Origin: Microgenomates group bacterium GW2011_GWC1_46_15
Lineage (GTDB): Bacteria > Patescibacteriota > Microgenomatia > UBA1400 > UBA12028
NCBI GenBank assembly: GCA_001002285.1
Contig: LCLX01000003.1
Span: forward strand, 76,915 to 140,914
Direction: 5' to 3'
DNA length: 64,000 nt
The notes beneath the pieces were generated by a model. That model searched no databases, was not told where the DNA came from, and saw nothing but the letters and a program-made list of their open reading frames with translations. Every line of letters begins with the position of its first letter. Positions within the stretch are counted from its first letter, which is position 1. Shown one piece after another: positions 40,245 through 48,212 of this stretch. The position numbers were made by a program, and so were the translations under genes.

Positions 40245-40663
40245 TTCTCTTCCTCCGGAGTGTAAAGCGGATGTCCCCCACGGGTTGCCGCTTTGATTTT
40301 GTAGTACGCACGGTCTTTTTCCTCTTTTGTAAGGTTGGGATGAAAAATTTCTTCCGGATACTTGACCGCATTCTTTGCCATCTTACGTTCAAACGCTTCC
40401 GCCATATCTATGCCAAGTTTCTGACCCAAATTGGCAAGCCACCACAATACATCGCTCATTTCCTCGCCAATCGCTTCTTTAATGCGCTGATTTTTTTCAA
40501 CATCTTCTCCTTTGAGCCATTGGAAATGTTCGAGAAGTTCGGCACTCTCCAACACCAAAGAAAGCGCGAGGTCTTTTGGATCTTCTTTTGTCCATCCGCG
40601 TTTTTTGCGGAACTTTTCAATAAGCTCTTTAACTTGGGCGATTGTTGTTGTTTGGTCAGTCAT
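40241..40663 (-). CDS. MazG-like (dCTP pyrophosphatase-type) nucleotide pyrophosphohydrolase
   Basis: PKDLALSLVLESAELLEHFQW..EEMSDV..KMAKNAVKYP. Confidence 0.88.
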   Translation of the reverse strand: MTDQTTTIAQVKELIEKFRKKRGWTKEDPKDLALSLVLESAELLEHFQWLKGEDVEKNQRIKEAIGEEMSDVLWWLANLGQKLGIDMAEAFERKMAKNAVKYPEEIFHPNLTKEEKDRAYYKIKAATRGGHPLYTPEEEK

Positions 40664-40674
40664 TGTTCTCCTTT

Positions 40675-41163
40675 TTACACTGTTTTTACGTATTCATCAA
40701 TGACTTTCTTGTGATCGAATGCAATTTTTTCTGGGAGTTTATCGAAGGAAAACCACTGAATATCTTCGATCTCTTCGTCTTGCTTCTTAAGTTCTCCACT
40801 CAATCCTGTGGCAATAAAACAGTGCCCGATATTTTGGCGGCCATCAAAGTCTCTGTATATATCATCATTCAATCGGAAAAATATCATTGTTTTTGCGCGT
40901 AAACCAGTTTCTTCAAAAAGTTCCCGAGTTGCAGTTGCCGCAAGAGTTTCATCCCAATCAACATAACCACCAGGTAAAGCCCACCACCCCTTTTGCGGGT
41001 CAAGTCCACGCTTTACCATAAGAATACAACCTTGCGCATCCTGGGTAATGATTTCAACGGTACTATTTCTTACATTAAACCGCGCGCAATGTTCACAGAA
41101 CTCTCCCTTTGGAATTTTTCCCGTCGGGTAGTCTTTCCAGGTAGCGTGTGTTAAATCAGCCAT
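40675..41163 (-). CDS. NUDIX hydrolase
   Basis: WALPGGYVDWDETLAATATRELFEETGL, AFDH. Confidence 0.9.
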   Translation of the reverse strand: MADLTHATWKDYPTGKIPKGEFCEHCARFNVRNSTVEIITQDAQGCILMVKRGLDPQKGWWALPGGYVDWDETLAATATRELFEETGLRAKTMIFFRLNDDIYRDFDGRQNIGHCFIATGLSGELKKQDEEIEDIQWFSFDKLPEKIAFDHKKVIDEYVKTV

Positions 41164-41189
41164 AATATGTGTCTGTAATACCTAGATAA

Positions 41190-41257
41190 GATAAAAATTT
41201 CTTCGAGGAACTCAGGGCGCAGGGTCCTCTGGAGACGAAAAGAGATTTTTATCGAGC
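41190..41257. repeat. Dispersed palindromic element, copy 2
   Basis: Same core as 30660-30728 with a different but still complementary outer stem. Confidence 0.8.
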
Positions 41258-43500
41258 TACATCGTGCACTTACTCCACCCGCAGTCCGGACAGCTTACAC
41301 ACCCACTTTCAAACTTCAATGAGGCAGAGGCACACTCGGGGCAGATTTGTTTTTCTCCTGATGCTGGCTTCGTTGTATGTGTGTGTATATCCGAACGCAT
41401 TGTGGCATCCTTTGAGAGTTTGCTTTCCTTCCCCGCTACATTGAGCACTTGATCCATTTTACTGCCGTCGCGGTAGATCGTAATGCCTTTAAGCCCAAGT
41501 TTCCATCCAAGCATGTACGCTTTCTTCACGTCTTCAACCGTTGCGTTGTGTGGAAAGTTGATCGTTTTACTTACTGAGTTATCAATCCACTTTTGCCACA
41601 CCGCTTGAATTTTGACGTGCCACTCGGGAGAAATATTGTGCGTGGTTGCAAATACACGCTTCGCTTCTTTGCTTAATTCTTTGACATGTTCTACGCCACC
41701 GTCCTGTAAAACTTGCTGCATAATGCGGTTACGTGTGACTTCATCAAAATTTTGCTGAAGATACTCACCAAACACTGGATCGGCGATGGTAAATTCCCGA
41801 GTCGGTGCGTTTGCATGATTATCCTCATTAAAACTGCGGCGCACTTGGACAAGTGAAAATACCGGCTCAATACCAGAACTTGTATTTGCTAACAACGAAA
41901 TTGTTCCCGTTGGGGCAACCATCATCACCGCACAGTTGCGATATCGTTCAGAAGTTCCAGCATACACCGAAACATCAAAATTGGGGAATGGGCCACGAAT
42001 TTTTCCAAGCTCCAGTGAAGCCTCTTCTGCTTTCTTCCGGATGAATTTTGCGAGATGGTCAGCAACGCGCACAGCTTCTTCACTGTTATATGGAACCCTC
42101 ATTCGATATAGTATGTGCGCAAAACCCATCACTCCTAAACCGATACGTCGGTTTCCGTCTTTCACCATCTGCCTGATTTCATCCAACGCATACGTGTTCA
42201 CTTCAATCATGTCATCCAAGAAACGGACACCAAGCTTGACCGATTTTTCGAGATCGTCCCAATCAATTTCCCAATCGCCTTTTTTGTTTTTGACAAGGTG
42301 GCGGTTGAGATCGATTGATGTTAGATTACACGATTCATAGGGCAATAATCCAATTTCTCCACAGGGATTCGTTGCATCCATAATCCCAATTGACGGGGTT
42401 GGATTGTCTTCCTGAAGACGGTCTAAAAACGCCAAACCCGGATCGCCGGTGGCCCACGCGTGTTCTGCAATCAGCTCAAAAATCTCCCTTGCCTTTATGG
42501 TCTTCCACACTTCGCCATTGCGGGGATTAAGTAAATCCCATTCTTTGTTTGCCTGCACGGCCTCCATGAACTTGTTGGACACTCCAACCGAAATATTGAA
42601 GTTTTTAATCGTGCCATCCTGATCTTTCAGTGTAATGAAATCAACAATATCGGGATGATCTGCATTCAAAATCGCGATGTTTGCCCCTTGCCGCTTTGCT
42701 CCCTGTAAAATTTGAGCAAGCGCGGCAGAAAATGCTCTCAAAAAGTCTACCGGCCCGGATGCTGCTTTCGGAATATTTTTGACTTTGTCTCCGTGCGGTC
42801 GGATTCTCGAAAAATTAAATCCTGTTCCGCCATTGTTTTTATGCACAACCGCGGCATCACCAAGTGTTTTAAAAATCTTTTGGATACTGTCTTCTATCGG
42901 CAGAACGAAACAACTGGATAACTGACCTGTTCCTCCGGGATTTCCCGCTTCAAACATCGCTTTGCCCGCGCACACAAACTTTAAGTTCGCCATGCGCTCG
43001 TAGAACTTCCTGGCTGTTTCATCAACAATACCGTTCTCCCCCCACTGAATTTCTGCCTTCGCCATGTGGCGGGCAACACGCCACAACATTTCGCCCGGTG
43101 TTTCAACAACTTTCCCGTTCATGTCGGTGCGGAGGTAGCGTTTTTTTGCAATTTCGTGCGCGGTATCGGTTAAATTCGGCTCAGTAATAGCAAGTTTTTT
43201 GTGTTTCTGTTGTTTTTTCTCACCGTACAAAATGTAGTACTTCGCGGTTGCAAAGTATCCCGCTTCGGCAATGGTTGGCTCAACAATGTCGCGGATTTGT
43301 TGAACGGTAAGCGTGTTTTCTTTTACTACCGCACGCGCGAGTTTCACTTGAACTTTTTTTGTGATTTCAGTAGCAATTTTTTTATCGTACTCCCCCGTAT
43401 CTTTTCCAGCAGCCTCAATAGACGCGGTGATCTTCTCCAGAGTAAAAGGCTTCTTTGTGCCATCCCGTTTGATGACAAACTGTATTGATGACGTTTGCAT
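41257..43500 (-). CDS. nrdJ: Class II (AdoCbl) ribonucleotide reductase with ATP cone, paralog B
   Basis: VIKRDG cone, SSCFV, TNPCGEI, ESCNL, VAPTGT, KGITIYRDG, C-terminal Cys cluster. Confidence 0.92.
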   Translation of the reverse strand: MQTSSIQFVIKRDGTKKPFTLEKITASIEAAGKDTGEYDKKIATEITKKVQVKLARAVVKENTLTVQQIRDIVEPTIAEAGYFATAKYYILYGEKKQQKHKKLAITEPNLTDTAHEIAKKRYLRTDMNGKVVETPGEMLWRVARHMAKAEIQWGENGIVDETARKFYERMANLKFVCAGKAMFEAGNPGGTGQLSSCFVLPIEDSIQKIFKTLGDAAVVHKNNGGTGFNFSRIRPHGDKVKNIPKAASGPVDFLRAFSAALAQILQGAKRQGANIAILNADHPDIVDFITLKDQDGTIKNFNISVGVSNKFMEAVQANKEWDLLNPRNGEVWKTIKAREIFELIAEHAWATGDPGLAFLDRLQEDNPTPSIGIMDATNPCGEIGLLPYESCNLTSIDLNRHLVKNKKGDWEIDWDDLEKSVKLGVRFLDDMIEVNTYALDEIRQMVKDGNRRIGLGVMGFAHILYRMRVPYNSEEAVRVADHLAKFIRKKAEEASLELGKIRGPFPNFDVSVYAGTSERYRNCAVMMVAPTGTISLLANTSSGIEPVFSLVQVRRSFNEDNHANAPTREFTIADPVFGEYLQQNFDEVTRNRIMQQVLQDGGVEHVKELSKEAKRVFATTHNISPEWHVKIQAVWQKWIDNSVSKTINFPHNATVEDVKKAYMLGWKLGLKGITIYRDGSKMDQVLNVAGKESKLSKDATMRSDIHTHTTKPASGEKQICPECASASLKFESGCVSCPDCGWSKCTM

Positions 43501-43520
43501 AGATTTCTCGATTCTACCGA

Positions 43521-45599
43521 CTACACACTACATTTGCTATACGCACAATTGGGACACGTGAAACACCCTTCTTGAATAACAAGCGTTGTTCCACATTCCG
43601 GACACGCTTCTTCACCCGGCGCTACTTTAACCAACGGTGCGCCCACAAACGCTTCATTAGCAAATGTTTTTCCTTCTTTCTCGCGCTTCTTCTTTGTCTC
43701 ACCCGTTTCCAACACAACCTTATTACGGCTCCCCGTCACATACACTGTCATTCCCTTGAGTCCAAGCTTCCAGCCTTTGAAGTACGCCTTCCACACTTCC
43801 TCTTCTGTGGCATCGGCAGAAAAGTTAATCGTTTTTGAGATCGCGTTGTCTACAAACCGCTGGAGCGCTGCTTCCATTTCAACGTGTTCATCAACCGGCA
43901 CATCGCCCGAAACCACATACACATTGCGGATCTCTTTTGGCACCTCGTCTATGTCTTGACATGTCCCATGCTGCCGGACTTTTTCAAAAATATTCTCTTG
44001 CTGAGATTGACTCACGCCCGCGCGTTCGAGCGCCTCTTTAAATAATCCACTTTCGTAGTACAACTCACGGAAGTCCTGTCCAATTTTTTCCGCACCCTCG
44101 TGTGTGCGCATCACATAACTCAACGCAAACGCCGGCTCGCATCCATATCCTTCCAGACCGGAAATTGTTGCGATGGCACCCGTTGGTTGGATTGTGTTTT
44201 GGCAACTATTCCGTACGCCAATTTTTCTAATATCGGCCTCTAGTGATTTCCAGTCCAACTTTGGCATGTTAAATCTATGTTTGTACGGGTACAAAGACTT
44301 TGGGGGGCTCCACACTTCAATGTTTTTCGTTTTTAATACCGCAGCGTTCTGTGGACTGTAATCATATCTACTCCCTTTGATTCCAGGAAACGCGCCGCGC
44401 TCCTGCGCGAGTTGATTCGACGCGCGCAACGTATGGTACCGGATAAACTCCATGATCTGTCCCGCACAATCAATGCCTTTTCTGCTCCCATACCGCGTAC
44501 CGATTTTGTACAACACATCCGCCAAACCCATAATGGATACGCCAATGCGCCGGTTGTGTTTCGCAGCCTCTTCTAATTGAGGAACAGCCGATACATATTT
44601 ATTCGTATCTACAACGTCATCAAGCCACCGCACCGTCCATTCAACCGTTTCGCGGAGTTTTTCCCAATCAACGCTATATGCAAAAATACCTTTTTTCCCG
44701 TTTTTCACGTGTTCCGCCAAGTTAATCGAGGCCATACAGCAGTTTTCGAAAGGCAATAAAAATTGTTCGCCGCATGGGTTTGTCGCTTCCAAATCTCCCT
44801 GCGCCGGCGTTGGATTTTCTCGGTTTGCGGCATCCAAAAACAACACTCCTGGTTCGCCGTTGTGATGCGCGAACTTTACAATTTCTACAAACAACTCCCG
44901 CGCTTTTACTTTTTTCCATACTCCGCCATTTCGTGGATTAATCAACGGAAAATCTGTATTTTTCTCTACCGCGCGCATGAATGCATCGGTAATACCAACC
45001 GAGATATTAAAGTGTTCAATCACGCCTTCTTTTTCTTTGCAGTGAATAAAATCGTAAATATCCGGATGATGGACCGGTAAAACTGCCATACACGCCGACC
45101 GCCTTCCTCCACCCTGCCCAATCACCCAAAACGCGGTGTCATATACTTTCAAAAATGAAACTACGCCCGTTGCTTTGCCCTTGGACGAACCAATTGAGTC
45201 CCCCTTAGGACGGATCCGGCCAAATGAAAATCCTACTCCTCCGCCGGACTGTAAAATCAAAACGGCATTGCGTAGCGTGCTAAAAATCCCATCCTGAGCA
45301 CGGCCCATATCATCATCAATCGGGAGAACGAAACAGTTCGCGAGCTGGCCCCACCCAGTTCCCGCGTTGGCCAGTGTGCGGCCGTTGGGCATAAACCGGA
45401 ACTCACTCAACAACGACACAAACATCTTCTCGACTTTTTCTGGAGTCGTTCCATCGCGGTACGCGTGTTCTGCCTGCGCGACAACGTGGGCACACCGCGC
45501 CAAGATGTCTTCAACTTTTTCCGTTGGCTTGCCGGAGTCATCCCGCAGGGCATACCTGTTGATCATGACTTCTTGCGCGTTTGGTGTTAGTTTTTTCAT
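43521..45599 (-). CDS. nrdJ: Class II (AdoCbl) ribonucleotide reductase without ATP cone, paralog A
   Basis: ANCFV, TNPCGEQ, ENCCM, IQPTGA, ISKTINF, C-terminal Cys cluster. Confidence 0.88.
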   Translation of the reverse strand: MKKLTPNAQEVMINRYALRDDSGKPTEKVEDILARCAHVVAQAEHAYRDGTTPEKVEKMFVSLLSEFRFMPNGRTLANAGTGWGQLANCFVLPIDDDMGRAQDGIFSTLRNAVLILQSGGGVGFSFGRIRPKGDSIGSSKGKATGVVSFLKVYDTAFWVIGQGGGRRSACMAVLPVHHPDIYDFIHCKEKEGVIEHFNISVGITDAFMRAVEKNTDFPLINPRNGGVWKKVKARELFVEIVKFAHHNGEPGVLFLDAANRENPTPAQGDLEATNPCGEQFLLPFENCCMASINLAEHVKNGKKGIFAYSVDWEKLRETVEWTVRWLDDVVDTNKYVSAVPQLEEAAKHNRRIGVSIMGLADVLYKIGTRYGSRKGIDCAGQIMEFIRYHTLRASNQLAQERGAFPGIKGSRYDYSPQNAAVLKTKNIEVWSPPKSLYPYKHRFNMPKLDWKSLEADIRKIGVRNSCQNTIQPTGAIATISGLEGYGCEPAFALSYVMRTHEGAEKIGQDFRELYYESGLFKEALERAGVSQSQQENIFEKVRQHGTCQDIDEVPKEIRNVYVVSGDVPVDEHVEMEAALQRFVDNAISKTINFSADATEEEVWKAYFKGWKLGLKGMTVYVTGSRNKVVLETGETKKKREKEGKTFANEAFVGAPLVKVAPGEEACPECGTTLVIQEGCFTCPNCAYSKCSV

Positions 45600-46060
45600 T
45601 ATTTTTTCTGTTCATCAATCAGTTTGTGTATTTCCGCACGGAAATCTTCAATGGTTTGGAAATCCCGGTACACGCTCGCGAACAACATATACGAAACGGG
45701 ATCTATTTTACGCAAACGGTTCATCACAAGTTTGCCAATCTCCCAGCTCTTGACTTCCGTTGAGTCTTTTACCCGCAGTTTTTGCTCAATTCCGTCAATA
45801 AGGGCTTCAATTTCTTCCATGGAAATCGGCCGTTTCCACGTGGCTTTCATCAGGCCTTTTTTTACTTTTTCCCGGTCAAATGGCTCCCGCTCTCCATTTT
45901 TCTTGATGACAAAGAGGTCAATCCCCTCGGCCCGTTCATATGTTGTAAACCGTTTGCCACATTTTGTGCATTGGCGGCGGCGGCGCATACTCCGCTGGTC
46001 CGACCCAATGCGGCTTTCCAAAACAGAGGTCTCATCGTGTGTGCAGTATGGACATCGCAT
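45599..46060 (-). CDS. nrdR: Transcriptional repressor NrdR
   Basis: CPYC..RRRRQCTKCGKRFTTYE Zn ribbon, ATP cone, FASVYRDF; alternative start at 46084. Confidence 0.95.
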   Translation of the reverse strand: MRCPYCTHDETSVLESRIGSDQRSMRRRRQCTKCGKRFTTYERAEGIDLFVIKKNGEREPFDREKVKKGLMKATWKRPISMEEIEALIDGIEQKLRVKDSTEVKSWEIGKLVMNRLRKIDPVSYMLFASVYRDFQTIEDFRAEIHKLIDEQKK

Positions 46061-46092
46061 ACGTGTTGCAGTCGCGGACGACATGCTCCAAT

Positions 46093-46140
46093 AAACTAAA
46101 TCTAGTAGGCAGGGGTTCAGTGAAACACTATTCGTAGTGT
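46093..46140. promoter_or_regulatory. Tandem NrdR boxes
   Basis: AAACTAAATCTAGTAG (46093-46108) and ACACTATTCGTAGTGT (46125-46140), starts 32 bp apart. Confidence 0.8.
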
Positions 46141-46315
46141 TGGTCAACATATCACACACTATCTGAATGTATCAGGTTTTATTTTCCAGAGTGGAATAAA
46201 ATTCCAGCAATTTTTGAGGGAATATTTTGCGTTTTGGAAGTGGTTGTGCACAACCATATATAATCGCGTACCAAAAAACACTCCAAAAAAGAGTACATTC
46301 GAGTATGTTTTGTTT

Positions 46316-46876
46316 TCATTCCCTCGAGATAAACGACTGCACAGAATTCTGCAAAGATTCCTCATATGACAAGAGTTGGTCTAAAAACACGCGGTCGGCA
46401 TCACGGTACAGTGGTTTGATCCGCAATAACGTAACGTGGTACCCCCGCAGAATACTATCCATTGCGTGAATATCGTCCGTATTGTGCGGGGCATCATTCC
46501 CTATTCCTTCTTCTATCCCAACCGCTTTTCCTACATAGATGAGTCCTTTTGCGAGCGTCGAAGACGCGAGCATCAACTCATTCCTCTCAAGAAGGGTTTG
46601 GGCTGTGTGGAATCTTGCTTTGGAGTACTCGAGATATGTCCTTTTTTTCTGCTGAGAAGAACGCGCCGTCATTAACCGCGCTCTGTCCGAAACCATACGC
46701 AACGCGTACAAAGGATTTCCAGGCAATACATCGCCTGAAAATAACTTTGCCAGTGGCTGTTGATCGTGTGCCGTTGGTTCCTGTAAAAGATCAACAGATG
46801 AAGATCTGAGAGAGAAAAAAAGAATGACAAAACCGAAAAGAAGGAATGACGCCGAAATGAGCGCGTGTTTAGTCAT
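46316..46876 (-). CDS. DUF5667-like protein
   Basis: VLPGNPLYALRMVSDR motif after an N-terminal TM. Confidence 0.65.
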   Translation of the reverse strand: MTKHALISASFLLFGFVILFFSLRSSSVDLLQEPTAHDQQPLAKLFSGDVLPGNPLYALRMVSDRARLMTARSSQQKKRTYLEYSKARFHTAQTLLERNELMLASSTLAKGLIYVGKAVGIEEGIGNDAPHNTDDIHAMDSILRGYHVTLLRIKPLYRDADRVFLDQLLSYEESLQNSVQSFISRE

Positions 46877-46897
46877 ACGAATCAGGATTATAGCGCA

Positions 46898-47578
46898 TTA
46901 CACCGCATACACGAGGAGCATAAGCCCCCACATGGCGTGCGAGATCGTTACGGCATACACACTTTTTGACCGGAAGTACAAAATCGCCTGGCCAACCGCG
47001 AACACGCCCAATAGTGCAAGGTGCTGCCACGCGATGAGACTGAACCCTGATTCAATAAACCGCAGCGGAGCGTGGAATAACAAAAATATACATAACGCGG
47101 CAAACACCGCGGGAATTTCACGTTTCCCAACCGCATCATAAAACACGTTGAGGACGTATCCAAAGAAAAACAGTGTTTCCCACCAGGCGGTCAAAAGTGC
47201 CAAGAAAAATATGTATCCAAACATGGGAGAGTTCAATACGCTATTCGATGCAACAACCCCACCCTTTGTGATCAATACTGTAATCGCCAAAAATTGATAC
47301 AACCCGCCAATCAACAACCCTAAAAACATCCCGGGCCAAAAGTGCTTGTTTGAAAGACCAAGCCGGTCTTCTCCTCTGCGGTGCGATCTGCAGTACAGCC
47401 AAACGGGAATGCCAAAAACCAGCGCTTTCGCAATGCCTTCATCTACCCATTCTGGAAAATGAAATAAAATGCGGTACAGCGCCCAAACAACAAATATTCC
47501 AAGTATCTGAAGAGTAGAGCGGGTAAAGTCGCTATGTTTTTTTGAGGGCTTGGAGGACTGCGTTGAGTGTTTCTTCAC
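46898..47578 (-). CDS. CPBP/Abi family intramembrane protease
   Basis: WETLFFFGY, F..FH, ISHAMW (degenerate EExxxR). Confidence 0.7.
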   Translation of the reverse strand: MKKHSTQSSKPSKKHSDFTRSTLQILGIFVVWALYRILFHFPEWVDEGIAKALVFGIPVWLYCRSHRRGEDRLGLSNKHFWPGMFLGLLIGGLYQFLAITVLITKGGVVASNSVLNSPMFGYIFFLALLTAWWETLFFFGYVLNVFYDAVGKREIPAVFAALCIFLLFHAPLRFIESGFSLIAWQHLALLGVFAVGQAILYFRSKSVYAVTISHAMWGLMLLVYAV

Positions 47579-48146
47579 GTGATTTTGAGTATGTGTCTAT
47601 GACTACATCGTAGAGTGCGGGGTCCCAAAAATCAATCGGGCTCTCCTTTTTCATCTTACCGGTATCAACCACCCATTTTCCCCATTCTTCCGCGTATATG
47701 CGCCGCCATTTTCCCAGATTTTTTTCTGTTCTTTCTTGAATATGTTTTTTCGCCTCTTTAATGCTGATGTTGTCTCTGTTCACAATGCGGTCAACACGAA
47801 CCGCAGGATCACTACACAGAAGTAATACTTTGAGAACACCGGGCACACCTTGCGCGAAAAAACTCGAGAGCCAAGACTCTAGTATCCAATGTTTTTCTTG
47901 TTGAAGTTTTGTCCGCATCCCAAAATCTACTTCGCGGTCAAACTCTTCACTATATACTGTCGCATCGTGGTGAAACGTATTATTTTTTGCGTCAAACAAT
48001 CCTTTTTCTGCCGCGTACGCGCGCATAAAATCACCACCAGAGAATCCTTTCCACCCTTTAAGATGTTCGCGTAGGAGTTTGAGAAGCGTTGTCGATCCAC
48101 ACCCAGGTAAACCGGAAATTGTAATATTGTGGTATGCGGCGCCCAT
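47532..48146 (-). CDS. Archaeal-type cytidylate kinase-like protein
   Basis: ITISGLPGCGSTT, SGGDFMR, YDVVIDT. Confidence 0.8.
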   Translation of the reverse strand: MGAAYHNITISGLPGCGSTTLLKLLREHLKGWKGFSGGDFMRAYAAEKGLFDAKNNTFHHDATVYSEEFDREVDFGMRTKLQQEKHWILESWLSSFFAQGVPGVLKVLLLCSDPAVRVDRIVNRDNISIKEAKKHIQERTEKNLGKWRRIYAEEWGKWVVDTGKMKKESPIDFWDPALYDVVIDTYSKSREETLNAVLQALKKT

Positions 48147-48212
48147 ATATCGCTCCTCCTCGAAATATCGTAGAATAGGATAGCATTGTACTACGCGGAA
48201 AAACTCTCTTCT

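Noticed and set aside
37908-45599. Class I RNR (NrdA/NrdZ) assignment, or inteins/introns in the RNR genes
   Set aside because: No YY radical-transfer pair (TVYRD, TIYRD, TVYVT instead), no nrdB in the window, normal lengths and no intein motifs
37908-45599. Assembly artefact or recent tandem duplication
   Set aside because: The copies are strongly diverged in protein sequence and differ in domain content
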